Of a DNA stretch of 64,000 nt, positions 10,243 to 18,511 are shown piece by piece; the first letter of the stretch is position 1, and the number at the start of each line of letters is the position of its first letter. The notes below the pieces were generated by a model. That model was not told the DNA's origin, made no database searches, and worked only from the letters and a program-made list of their open reading frames with translations. Position numbers and translations under genes: made by a program. Location of the stretch: NCBI GenBank assembly GCA_026390995.1, contig JAPLEX010000046.1, positions 13,829-77,828 on the forward strand, given 5' to 3'. This DNA is from Flavobacterium sp. GTDB taxonomy: Bacteria > Bacteroidota > Bacteroidia > Flavobacteriales > Flavobacteriaceae.

Positions 10243-11489
10243 AAACTGTACTAAAAAACGCCCGTATTGTTGACCCAAGTAGTTCGTTTTTCCAACAAAA
10301 AGTAGATGTAGAAATCACCAACGGCACCATCACGCAAATCGCACCCTCGATTGCCGGAGATGCCAATATTAACTTGGTAGAATTAGACAATTTACACCTT
10401 TCACAAGGTTGGTTTGACAGCAGCGTTTCCCTGGGAGAACCCGGATTTGAAGATCGTGAAACCATTTTTAATGGACTTCATGTGGCGGCCAAAAGCGGAT
10501 TTACCGCCATCGCCTTACAACCCAATACTTTTCCCGTGCTCGACAACCAAGCACAAATTCAGTTGGTAAAAAACAAAGCCCAAGCCCAAGCAACCGCTTT
10601 GCATCCCATCGGTGCCTTTACCAAAGATAGTTTAGGCAAAGACATGGCCGAATTATTTGACATGAAAAACGCCGGAGCGATTGCCTTTGGCGATTATGCA
10701 AAAAATATTGACAATGCCAATATCCTAAAAATTGGGATGCAATACCTACAAGATTTTGATGGTTTATTGTTATTGTTTTGTCAAGACCCTCATTTAAAAG
10801 GCCAAGGTATTGCCAACGAAGGCATGCACGCCACACGTTTGGGATTGAAAGGAATTCCCAATTTGGCCGAAGACATCCAAGTCGCCCGTGCCTTATTTAT
10901 TGCCGAATACAGCGGTGGTAAAATTCATATTCCTACACTATCCTCAGCCAAATCTGTACAATTAATTAAAGAAGCCAAAGCCAAAGGCATACGCGTAAGT
11001 TGCAGTGTTGCGGTGCATCAATTAATCTTAAATGACAGCTGCTTGGAACAGTTTGACAGCCGCTTTAAGCTGAGTCCACCCTTACGCTCAGAAGCCGATC
11101 GATTGGCCTTGATTGAGGGTGTATTGAATGGCAGTATTGACTGCATTACCAGCGACCATAATCCCATTGACATCGAACATAAAAATGTAGAATTTGATCT
11201 GGCCAAAGACGGAACTATAGGTTTAGAAACTGCATTTGCAGCCTTACAAACGGTGTTGCCTTTACCCGTGATTCTAGAAAAACTTACCGCCGGAAAAAAT
11301 ATATTTGGGTTAGCTTCCTCTCCAATAGAAGTTGGTGCCCGAGCAGAGCTCACCATGTTTAACCCGGAAGGAGAATGGGTTTTTGGAAAGGAACACATCC
11401 TATCAAAATCAAAAAATTCAGCTTTTATTGGACATGCCATGAAAGGAACAGTATACGGAATAATCAACCAAGGCATAATGCATATCTAA
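10239..11489 (+). CDS. Dihydroorotase-family amidohydrolase
   Basis: LGEPGFEDRETI, PNTFPV, PPLRSEAD, ITSDHNP, GLETAF; N-terminal HxH appears as DSSVS. Confidence 0.8.
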   Translation: MKTVLKNARIVDPSSSFFQQKVDVEITNGTITQIAPSIAGDANINLVELDNLHLSQGWFDSSVSLGEPGFEDRETIFNGLHVAAKSGFTAIALQPNTFPVLDNQAQIQLVKNKAQAQATALHPIGAFTKDSLGKDMAELFDMKNAGAIAFGDYAKNIDNANILKIGMQYLQDFDGLLLLFCQDPHLKGQGIANEGMHATRLGLKGIPNLAEDIQVARALFIAEYSGGKIHIPTLSSAKSVQLIKEAKAKGIRVSCSVAVHQLILNDSCLEQFDSRFKLSPPLRSEADRLALIEGVLNGSIDCITSDHNPIDIEHKNVEFDLAKDGTIGLETAFAALQTVLPLPVILEKLTAGKNIFGLASSPIEVGARAELTMFNPEGEWVFGKEHILSKSKNSAFIGHAMKGTVYGIINQGIMHI

Positions 11490-11714
11490 TGAATAACTCA
11501 ATAGAAGAAGGCAAAAGCACTAGGGCTTTCGGTTACCTTTATTTCCTTGGGCTTATTGGTGAGTAATTTTGATAACTACATGATTAGTTCGGCCATGTGG
11601 ATATTCGTTTCGGTACTTTGGGGATATGGTATTTTTAGTGCGATTAAGGGCGAAACAACTCCAATTCCTTTACTGGGTAAACTGTTCCAGTCGGCCTTTA
11701 AATCGATTAGTTAA
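11489..11714 (+). pseudogene. Small membrane protein (DUF4870-like) broken by an apparent internal deletion and frameshift
   Basis: MNNSIEEGKS in one frame; ALGLSVTF...PIPLLGKLFQSAFKSIS* in another frame from 11517; TAATG overlaps with both neighbours. Confidence 0.7.
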
Positions 11715-12370
11715 TGACTGGTATTTCTACTTATTTAGTTCGGCCACCCAAGCAAGTTTTAGAGAAAAATCCGTTGCTCTTGTTGTTGCACGGTTACGGC
11801 AGTAACGAAGCTGATTTGTTTTCGTTTGCCACGGAACTTCCCGACGAATATTATGTAATCTCCTTACAAGCCCCATTCGATTTGCAGTATGGCAGTTATG
11901 CTTGGTATGCCATCAACTTTGATGCTGATGCGAGTAAATTTTCTGATTTAGACCAAGCGCGGAGTTCTCGAAATCTAGTCTTAACAACTCTAGATGAACT
12001 TCAAAGAAAATATCCTATCGATGCCCAAGCAGTTGCATTAATCGGTTTTAGTCAGGGCGCGATATTGAGTTACGCCATTGCCCTATCCTATCCGGATCGC
12101 ATTCAGCGTGTGGCGGCGTTGAGCGGCTATTTGAATACCGAAATTGCCGCTGAAGGTTTTGAAAAAAACAAGTTAGCAAACCTACAAATCTATGCCTCAC
12201 ATGGCACCGTTGACCAAGTAATTCCAGTAGAATGGGCACGTAAATCTCCGGAAATTTTAACGAATTTGGGTGTGCGAGTTCAATTTAAAGAATACCCCAT
12301 CGGTCACGGAGTTTCGCCCCAAAATTTTTATGATTTAACTAATTGGCTGCAACAAACTAAGGTTGTTTAA
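11714..12370 (+). CDS. Alpha/beta hydrolase (phospholipase/carboxylesterase)
   Basis: LLHGYGSNE, GFSQGA nucleophile elbow, HGTVDQVIP, GHGV. Confidence 0.9.
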   Translation: MTGISTYLVRPPKQVLEKNPLLLLLHGYGSNEADLFSFATELPDEYYVISLQAPFDLQYGSYAWYAINFDADASKFSDLDQARSSRNLVLTTLDELQRKYPIDAQAVALIGFSQGAILSYAIALSYPDRIQRVAALSGYLNTEIAAEGFEKNKLANLQIYASHGTVDQVIPVEWARKSPEILTNLGVRVQFKEYPIGHGVSPQNFYDLTNWLQQTKVV

Positions 12371-12716
12371 ACACAATTTTGCCCTTGTTTTGTAGGACCC
12401 ATTTTTCTGAAATAATCAACTCCCAATCTCCATTGGTATATTTCCCTGTTGACAGTTGTGTCAGGATGAGCGGTTGTTTTTCGAGCAAGGTGAATAAAAC
12501 TAATCGCATACCCACTTCAAAAATGCGCACACATTCCTCACGGAGCGCCGACCAGGTATAGCCAGCAGATGTTTTACAACCGTGGGAATCTTCATCCGAT
12601 CCAACAGCTTTTGGAGCGACCGTTTTTGTTTCAATTGTTTCAGGTGCTACGGTTTCGGCTTTTTGATTGCAAGACCAAATTAGCCATAGGCTGAGCAAAA
12701 GGGCAAACTTTTTCAT
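12357..12716 (-). CDS. Hypothetical lipoprotein, possibly internally shortened
   Basis: Lipobox LIWSC; conserved-looking GSDEDSHGCKTSAGYTWS...CVRIFE motif. Confidence 0.65.
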   Translation of the reverse strand: MKKFALLLSLWLIWSCNQKAETVAPETIETKTVAPKAVGSDEDSHGCKTSAGYTWSALREECVRIFEVGMRLVLFTLLEKQPLILTQLSTGKYTNGDWELIISEKWVLQNKGKIVFKQP

Positions 12717-12717
12717 C

Positions 12718-13923
12718 TTATTTTTGGTAGAGTACCGATTGAATTATTTCAAACGAAATGCTTTCGTCTTCGTTCACAAAATACTTGAGCAACACTTCTC
12801 CCCAATACTGTCCATCGTTGTAATCGGCAATAATCCAACGGTGGTTCAAAATTTTCACCTTATTGATAATGAATTTTTGGGCGCCTATTTGGTCTTGTCC
12901 GGTGTAGGGATTTCCTTTGGGATCTTGATTTAAATCAAATAATTTTTCGGTGACATACGGAATTAGTTTCTCGTAGGCAATGAACTTTTCGTTTTGCGTG
13001 CCCTCAAAATAGTTTTGGGCATTGTCGTTGTGTGCTAATGAAAAATAATTGGCATCGGCCAGTTCCGTTTTTAGCAAACTAAGGCTGTCTTTTGCAATTT
13101 TGGCTGATTTATCGAATTGCTTTTGTGCAGATTCCATTTGCTTGGAATAATACATATAAGTGAGCAAACTGATTAAAACCGAAAAAATACAACTGTACAA
13201 TAAGAATGACTTTTGTTGTATCGCATCGTGAAAACCAAACGCATGGCTAATGTGCGTGAGGTAGGTTTTTTGGGGTTCAAGTAACGCAATAAATTGCATG
13301 ACTTCGGCCAAATTAAAGTGCGAATGATGCGGTTCTTCACGCAAGCAATTCACTACCAATACAGCAAGCCCTTTAAGCTTGGCTAGTTCTTCTACCTCAA
13401 TGGTTTTAACATCGGTGAGGTACGCAAAATCATCTATGCGATAGCCGTATACTTGTAAGCCGGCATGATCAGCGTTTATGGGAATAGCAATTTTGTTGCC
13501 TACTGCAAAGGGAATATGGGGTTGAACGGCGTGCGGAATTACAGAAGGTGCTCCGGGGTACTTGTCTACGGTTTCAAAAATATAATCAAATCGGCGAGCC
13601 AAATTGGCCAAAACCCTGGGGTGTGCATAAATAGGCACACCACTGGTTTTAAAACTAAAGGGACGAATGTCATCAAGGCCAGCGGTGTGGTCTGAATGCT
13701 CGTGAGTGTATAAAATCCCGTTTAAGCTTGGGCATTTGGAAACCAGCATTTGTTGCCGAAAATCCGGCCCACAATCAATGACATACGAATACGAATCCCA
13801 ATGAATCCATACCGAAACACGCAGCCGTTTATCTTTTGAATCGGTGCTAAGCGATACAGGATGTGTACTCCCAATTACGGGAATTCCTTGGGAAGTACCA
13901 GTACCTAAAAAGTAGACGTTCAC
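12718..13923 (-). CDS. PhnP-like MBL-fold metallo-hydrolase apparently fused in frame to the downstream membrane-anchored hypothetical protein
   Basis: LGTGTSQG, IDCGPDFR, THEHSDH, YLTD, THISH; after HDAIQQK the sequence switches to a hydrophobic SFLLYSCIFSVLISLLTYMYY segment. Confidence 0.8.
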   Translation of the reverse strand: MNVYFLGTGTSQGIPVIGSTHPVSLSTDSKDKRLRVSVWIHWDSYSYVIDCGPDFRQQMLVSKCPSLNGILYTHEHSDHTAGLDDIRPFSFKTSGVPIYAHPRVLANLARRFDYIFETVDKYPGAPSVIPHAVQPHIPFAVGNKIAIPINADHAGLQVYGYRIDDFAYLTDVKTIEVEELAKLKGLAVLVVNCLREEPHHSHFNLAEVMQFIALLEPQKTYLTHISHAFGFHDAIQQKSFLLYSCIFSVLISLLTYMYYSKQMESAQKQFDKSAKIAKDSLSLLKTELADANYFSLAHNDNAQNYFEGTQNEKFIAYEKLIPYVTEKLFDLNQDPKGNPYTGQDQIGAQKFIINKVKILNHRWIIADYNDGQYWGEVLLKYFVNEDESISFEIIQSVLYQK

Positions 13924-14011
13924 CTGTAATATTTTTCACAAAAATAGTATTAATTCGCTTTAAGCAACTCGCTATTTTGTTAACTTTGCGGCAGATTTAC
14001 TAAAAATAAAA

Positions 14012-15463
14012 ATGGGAACTGAAATAATTTTAAAAGGCGACAAAGTAATCGAACAAATTCCTTCGATAAAAGACAAGGCGCTCCGCATCAATCTCAACGA
14101 AAACATCTACGGAACATTTGCCGAGATTGGCGCAGGCCAAGAAACTGTTCGTCATTTTTTTAGATCAGGAGGCTCATCTGGTACGATAGCCAAAGCGATG
14201 TCGGCCTATGACAAAGACTTTAGTGATGCGATTTACGGCATAGAAGGTGATGGCCGCTACGTAACCGAAAGCCGGCTTAAAAAAATGCTTACCCACGAAG
14301 TTGATTTGATTGAGAGTCGCTTGAGCCGAGAAAAACACCCCAATAAAATGTTTTTCAGTTATGCCAATACGGTAGCGACAATTGATTTTGCCAAACAATT
14401 TAAAGGCCATGGTTGGGTAGGTATTAAATACCAAATTGACCCCGAAGAAGGCTATAACGAAATTATTTTACACATTCGCTTCAAGGAAACCGATGCAAAA
14501 CTGCAACAAGAAACCTTAGGGATACTAGGTGTAAACCTTATTTATGGCGCCTATTACAAATACAACGCTCCCAAAAAAATGTTGCGGTATTTGTATGATC
14601 ACCTCGACAAAGACCAACTGGAAATTGATACGATAAACTTCTCTGGTCCTCGTTTTGCTGAGGTGGACAATCGATTAATGAGTTTGCAATTGGTGAAAAA
14701 TGGCATGACTGATGCGGTGATGTTTAATCCCGAAGGCCAAAACATTTTGCCAGCGTCTATTTTATACAAAAAAAACATATTAACCCTGCGTGGAAGTTTT
14801 CGTCCGGTGACTTTGGTCAACATGGACATGTATAAAAATGCGCACAAAATGTTCTTGGAAGAAAACAAGGTTGATAAAGACAATACCTTGGTTATTGTTG
14901 AAATCACTTTGTCAAACTTGCGTTCTGAGGGCGAAATTGACGAAAGAGATTTTATTGACCGTGCCAATTTACTTTGCTCATTAGGGCAAACGGTAATGAT
15001 CTCGAATTTCCAAGAATACTACAAAGTGGTAGAATACTTTTCGAATTACACCAAAGCACGAATGGGATTGGCTATGGGAGTAAATAACTTGGTTGATATT
15101 TTTGACGAAAAATACTACCGTCATTTAAGTGGCGGAATATTAGAAGCCTTCGGAAAATTATTTTACCGCGATTTAAAAGTGTTTTTATACCCCATGCTAG
15201 GAGACGATGGCGTAACGATAATTAATTCCGAAAACCTAAAAGTTCATCCACGCATGAAAGAGCTGTATAAGTTCTTTAAATTCAACGGAAAAGTAGTGGA
15301 TATTCAAGATTACGACAATGACAACTTAAAAATTGTGTCCCGCGAGGTATTAAAAATGATCGGAAAAGGACAAAGTGGCTGGGAAAGCATGTTGCCTTCT
15401 GGTATAGCAGAACTAATTAAAGAAGATCGCTTATTTGGCGATCCAGTTAATTTTAAATCCTAA
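14012..15463 (+). CDS. Two-domain protein: CinA/PncC-like N-terminus plus NadD-like nucleotidyltransferase C-terminus, both degenerate
   Basis: FAEIGAGQ..GGSSGTIAKAMSAYD resembles CinA_C; RGSFRPVTLVN and IVSREVLKMI..MLPSGIAELIKEDRLFG resemble NadD; TAACTTTG box at 13981-13988. Confidence 0.6.
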   Translation: MGTEIILKGDKVIEQIPSIKDKALRINLNENIYGTFAEIGAGQETVRHFFRSGGSSGTIAKAMSAYDKDFSDAIYGIEGDGRYVTESRLKKMLTHEVDLIESRLSREKHPNKMFFSYANTVATIDFAKQFKGHGWVGIKYQIDPEEGYNEIILHIRFKETDAKLQQETLGILGVNLIYGAYYKYNAPKKMLRYLYDHLDKDQLEIDTINFSGPRFAEVDNRLMSLQLVKNGMTDAVMFNPEGQNILPASILYKKNILTLRGSFRPVTLVNMDMYKNAHKMFLEENKVDKDNTLVIVEITLSNLRSEGEIDERDFIDRANLLCSLGQTVMISNFQEYYKVVEYFSNYTKARMGLAMGVNNLVDIFDEKYYRHLSGGILEAFGKLFYRDLKVFLYPMLGDDGVTIINSENLKVHPRMKELYKFFKFNGKVVDIQDYDNDNLKIVSREVLKMIGKGQSGWESMLPSGIAELIKEDRLFGDPVNFKS

Positions 15464-15480
15464 TTAGTATCAACTGTATA

Positions 15481-15511
15481 AAAAAAGCCAAGTGAACTAC
15501 TTGGCTTTTTT
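15481..15511. terminator. Bidirectional terminator between convergent genes
   Basis: AAAAAAGCCAAGT-gaact-ACTTGGCTTTTTT. Confidence 0.85.
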
Positions 15512-15515
15512 ATTG

Positions 15516-15968
15516 TTATTTTAATATCTGACTGGCATGTGTTTTGGTTTTCACCTCGGTAATTACTTCGTCAATCACTCCTTGTTCATCAATTACAAAA
15601 GTAGTGCGGTGAATGCCATCGTATTCTTTACCCATGAATTTTTTAGGTCCCCAAACGCCAAAGGCTTCAATGACGGCTTTGTTTTCGTCGGCCAATAACG
15701 GAAAAGGAAATTCGAATTTGTTTCTAAAATTAGCTTGTGCTTTGGCATTGTCAGCGCTCACGCCCAATAAGGCATAATTATTGGCTTCAAATCGCGCAAA
15801 GTTGTCACGCAAATCGCAGGCTTCAGCAGTACATCCGGGCGTATTGGCTTTGGGATAAAAAAATACTACTAATTTTTTTCCTGCATAATTGGCCAAAGTA
15901 TGGCCCTTTCCGTCTTGATCTAAAGCTGAAAATTGTGGCGCCTGGTCTCCTTTTTTTAGTGTTGTCAT
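15516..15968 (-). CDS. bcp: Thioredoxin-dependent thiol peroxidase (BCP/PrxQ)
   Basis: FFYPKANTPGCTAEAC, RTTFVID. Confidence 0.93.
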   Translation of the reverse strand: MTTLKKGDQAPQFSALDQDGKGHTLANYAGKKLVVFFYPKANTPGCTAEACDLRDNFARFEANNYALLGVSADNAKAQANFRNKFEFPFPLLADENKAVIEAFGVWGPKKFMGKEYDGIHRTTFVIDEQGVIDEVITEVKTKTHASQILK

Positions 15969-16029
15969 AGTATATGATGTGGTTAAATTGTGCGTAAATG
16001 CTTAATTTTACGGAGATAAAAATACAAAA

Positions 16030-16689
16030 ATGACCAAAGCCGAACGGATAACATTTGTTATAAATACGTTAAAAGCCCATTACCCTACTATCCCAATTCC
16101 CTTGGATCACAAAGATCCTTACACCCTATTGATTGCCGTTTTACTGAGCGCACAATGCACCGATGTACGGGTAAATCAGATTACTCCTTTGCTTTTTGCC
16201 AAAGCCGATAATCCGTATGACATGATTAAATTGAGTGTCGAAGAAATCCAAAATATCATTCGTCCTTGTGGCTTATCGCCCATGAAATCAAAAGGGATTT
16301 ATGGTCTTTCTCATATTTTAATCGACAAACACGACGGGAAAGTTCCAGCCAACTTTGAAGACCTAGAAGCTCTTCCGGCTGTGGGACATAAAACGGCTAG
16401 CGTAGTGATGTCTCAGGCTTTTGGTGTTGCGGCTTTTCCGGTAGACACGCATATTCACCGACTTTTGTATCGTTGGAATTTCAGTAACGGAAGCTCAGTG
16501 GTACGAACAGAGAAAGATGCCAAGCGCTTGTTTCCAGAAGCCTTATGGAACGAATTGCACTTACAAATAATCTGGTACGGCCGTGAATATTGCCAAGCGC
16601 GAGGTTGGGATTTGAGCAAAGATCTCATTACCCAAACCATTGGAAGAAAATCGGTGTTGCAAGCCTATCATAAAAAAACATCCCGATAA
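16030..16689 (+). CDS. nth: Endonuclease III-family DNA glycosylase
   Basis: LLSAQCTDVRVN, LPAVGHKTA HhH, VDTH; the C-terminal Fe-S cysteine cluster is largely missing (YCQARGWD). Confidence 0.88.
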   Translation: MTKAERITFVINTLKAHYPTIPIPLDHKDPYTLLIAVLLSAQCTDVRVNQITPLLFAKADNPYDMIKLSVEEIQNIIRPCGLSPMKSKGIYGLSHILIDKHDGKVPANFEDLEALPAVGHKTASVVMSQAFGVAAFPVDTHIHRLLYRWNFSNGSSVVRTEKDAKRLFPEALWNELHLQIIWYGREYCQARGWDLSKDLITQTIGRKSVLQAYHKKTSR

Positions 16690-16701
16690 AAACCGGGATG
16701 T
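16678..16701. terminator. Hairpin/terminator between nth and the convergent small ORF
   Basis: ACATCCCG-ataaaaac-CGGGATGT. Confidence 0.65.
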
Positions 16702-16707
16702 ATTACG

Positions 16708-16851
16708 TTAGTTTGCAATCAATTCGAAGCTATGTTTACCAACTTGGAAAAAGCGAAGTGCTTTGGAGTAGTTTAATAAAAAAGAAATTGTTTCTTTTTT
16801 GGGTTTCATAGGGATTGCTGCACGCATTTCTTTAGAGTAAATTTTCGCCAT
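16708..16851 (-). CDS. 47-aa small protein downstream of the ECF sigma gene (not in the ORF track)
   Basis: Read by hand: MAKIYSKEMRAAIPMKPKKETISFLLNYSKALRFFQVGKHSFELIAN*. Confidence 0.65.
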   Translation of the reverse strand: MAKIYSKEMRAAIPMKPKKETISFLLNYSKALRFFQVGKHSFELIAN

Positions 16852-16904
16852 AGACTAATTTTAAAATTATATAGTACTACAACGACAAATTTTACTTTAT
16901 AGTA

Positions 16905-17489
16905 TCAATTCGTTAAAATAATTTGATGTTTATCAATTACTTTACGCATATTGAGCAACGCATAACGCATTCTACCTAGCGCCGTATTGATACTCACGCC
17001 TGTTAATTCGGCGATTTCTTTGAAGCTCAAATCTTGGTACATGCGCATCAACACTACTTCGCGTTGGTCTGCGGGTAATTCTTGGATGATGCGTTTCAAG
17101 TCTTGTTCTACTTGCTCGGTTATCAGTTGATTTTCTATCGTTAAGGACTGATCAGACATAATCGAAAAAATAGAAAACTCTTCGGTTTCACGAAACAATG
17201 GCATTTTTTTGTTTCTGCGAAAATGATCAATTATTAAATTATGAGCAATACGCATTACCCAAGGTAAAAATTTACCTTCTTCGTTATAGGAATTAGATTT
17301 TAGAGTTTTAATCACCTTGATAAAGGTGTCTTGAAAAATATCGTCGGTTAAATCTCGATCGCCTACTTTCGAATAAATAAAACCATACAATTTTGACTGG
17401 TGACGGTTAATTAATACAGCCAAGGCGTTTTCGTCGCCTGCTATATAGTTTTTAACCAATAATGCATCTGGGGTGGGAACATTAGCCAT
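16905..17489 (-). CDS. ECF-type RNA polymerase sigma-70 factor
   Basis: DIFQDTFIKV, WVMRIAHNLIIDHFR (region 2); SFKEIAELTGVSINTALGRMRYA (region 4). Confidence 0.93.
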   Translation of the reverse strand: MANVPTPDALLVKNYIAGDENALAVLINRHQSKLYGFIYSKVGDRDLTDDIFQDTFIKVIKTLKSNSYNEEGKFLPWVMRIAHNLIIDHFRRNKKMPLFRETEEFSIFSIMSDQSLTIENQLITEQVEQDLKRIIQELPADQREVVLMRMYQDLSFKEIAELTGVSINTALGRMRYALLNMRKVIDKHQIILTN

Positions 17490-17581
17490 ACAATTACTTT
17501 TTAAGATTAATTAAATACGAATTAAATCGGTGTAAAAGTAATTTTCGGGTATAGGCAAATGGGTGTTTAGAATTATTGAGT

Positions 17582-17614
17582 CAAAAATAATGCATTACAA
17601 AGGAAATATCCAAA
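17582..17614 (-). promoter_or_regulatory. Housekeeping-type promoter of the ECF sigma gene
   Basis: Minus strand TTTG-N21-TATTTTTG matches the Bacteroidota -33/-7 consensus. Confidence 0.6.
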
Positions 17615-17740
17615 CAATCTTGTAATTATTAAATATATTTTACATTTTTAACATATTTGTATAATATTATGTTAGTATTTTAACAAATTAATTAAACATA
17701 TGTCATTAAGAAATAATTGAAGAGTGCTTTTTGAACGGAA

Positions 17741-18511
17741 TTATTGGTATATTTTGATGTAATCAATGGCAAACTGTTGAGGAAAAATAGCGTCATCAAC
17801 TTCAGGACCGCCAAATTTACCACCAATAGCCATATTAACAATCACATAAAATGGCTGAGCAAAAGGCCAATTATTTTCATTTTGACTGGTTGGCTTGTAG
17901 ACATATACTTGTTGGTTGTCTACAGAAAAAGCAATTTGATTAACATCCCACTCGATGGCATAGACATGAAATCCCTCTTCTATAGTAGGAAAAAGGGTTT
18001 TCATGGTATTGATAGTTTCCCCGTGACTTTCTTGTGTGTGTATCGATGTAAAAACCTGATGAGGCGCTTTCCCGATGAATTCTAAAATATCAATTTCCCC
18101 GCATTTGGGCCAACCCACTTGTTTGATATTTGATCCCAACATCCAAAAAGCTGGCCAAATTCCTTGCCCGATAGGCAATTTGGCGCGGGCTTCGATTCGT
18201 CCGTATTGAAATTCTTTTTTGCCTGCGGTAGTAATGCGTGTAGAAGTGTAACGATCTCCGTCTTTACGCGCGGTAATGATGAGCTTTCCGTCTTCGATTG
18301 TGTGGTTGGTTTTGGTGTATTCTTGGCGCTCCTCGTTTCCCCAACCACATAAATTTGGGCAACCGTTTCCTAATTCAAAATTCCAATCGTTTTCGTTAAG
18401 CAGTTGGGACGAAAAATTTTCTTCCCATACCAGTGTATGTTTTTGGGTTTGTGCATACGTATGAGATCCTACGCCACACATTAAGAGCAGTAAAAATATA
18501 TTTTTCCTCAT
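17741..18511 (-). CDS. GH16 endo-beta-1,3-glucanase (laminarinase-type), signal peptide
   Basis: WPAFWMLG, WPKCGEIDILE (ExDxxE), FHVYAIEW, IDYIKIYQ. Confidence 0.92.
   Translation of the reverse strand: MRKNIFLLLLMCGVGSHTYAQTQKHTLVWEENFSSQLLNENDWNFELGNGCPNLCGWGNEERQEYTKTNHTIEDGKLIITARKDGDRYTSTRITTAGKKEFQYGRIEARAKLPIGQGIWPAFWMLGSNIKQVGWPKCGEIDILEFIGKAPHQVFTSIHTQESHGETINTMKTLFPTIEEGFHVYAIEWDVNQIAFSVDNQQVYVYKPTSQNENNWPFAQPFYVIVNMAIGGKFGGPEVDDAIFPQQFAIDYIKIYQ

Noticed and set aside
14012-15463. TonB-dependent receptor interpretation
   Set aside because: No signal peptide, plug or barrel strands; motifs are those of cytoplasmic nucleotide enzymes
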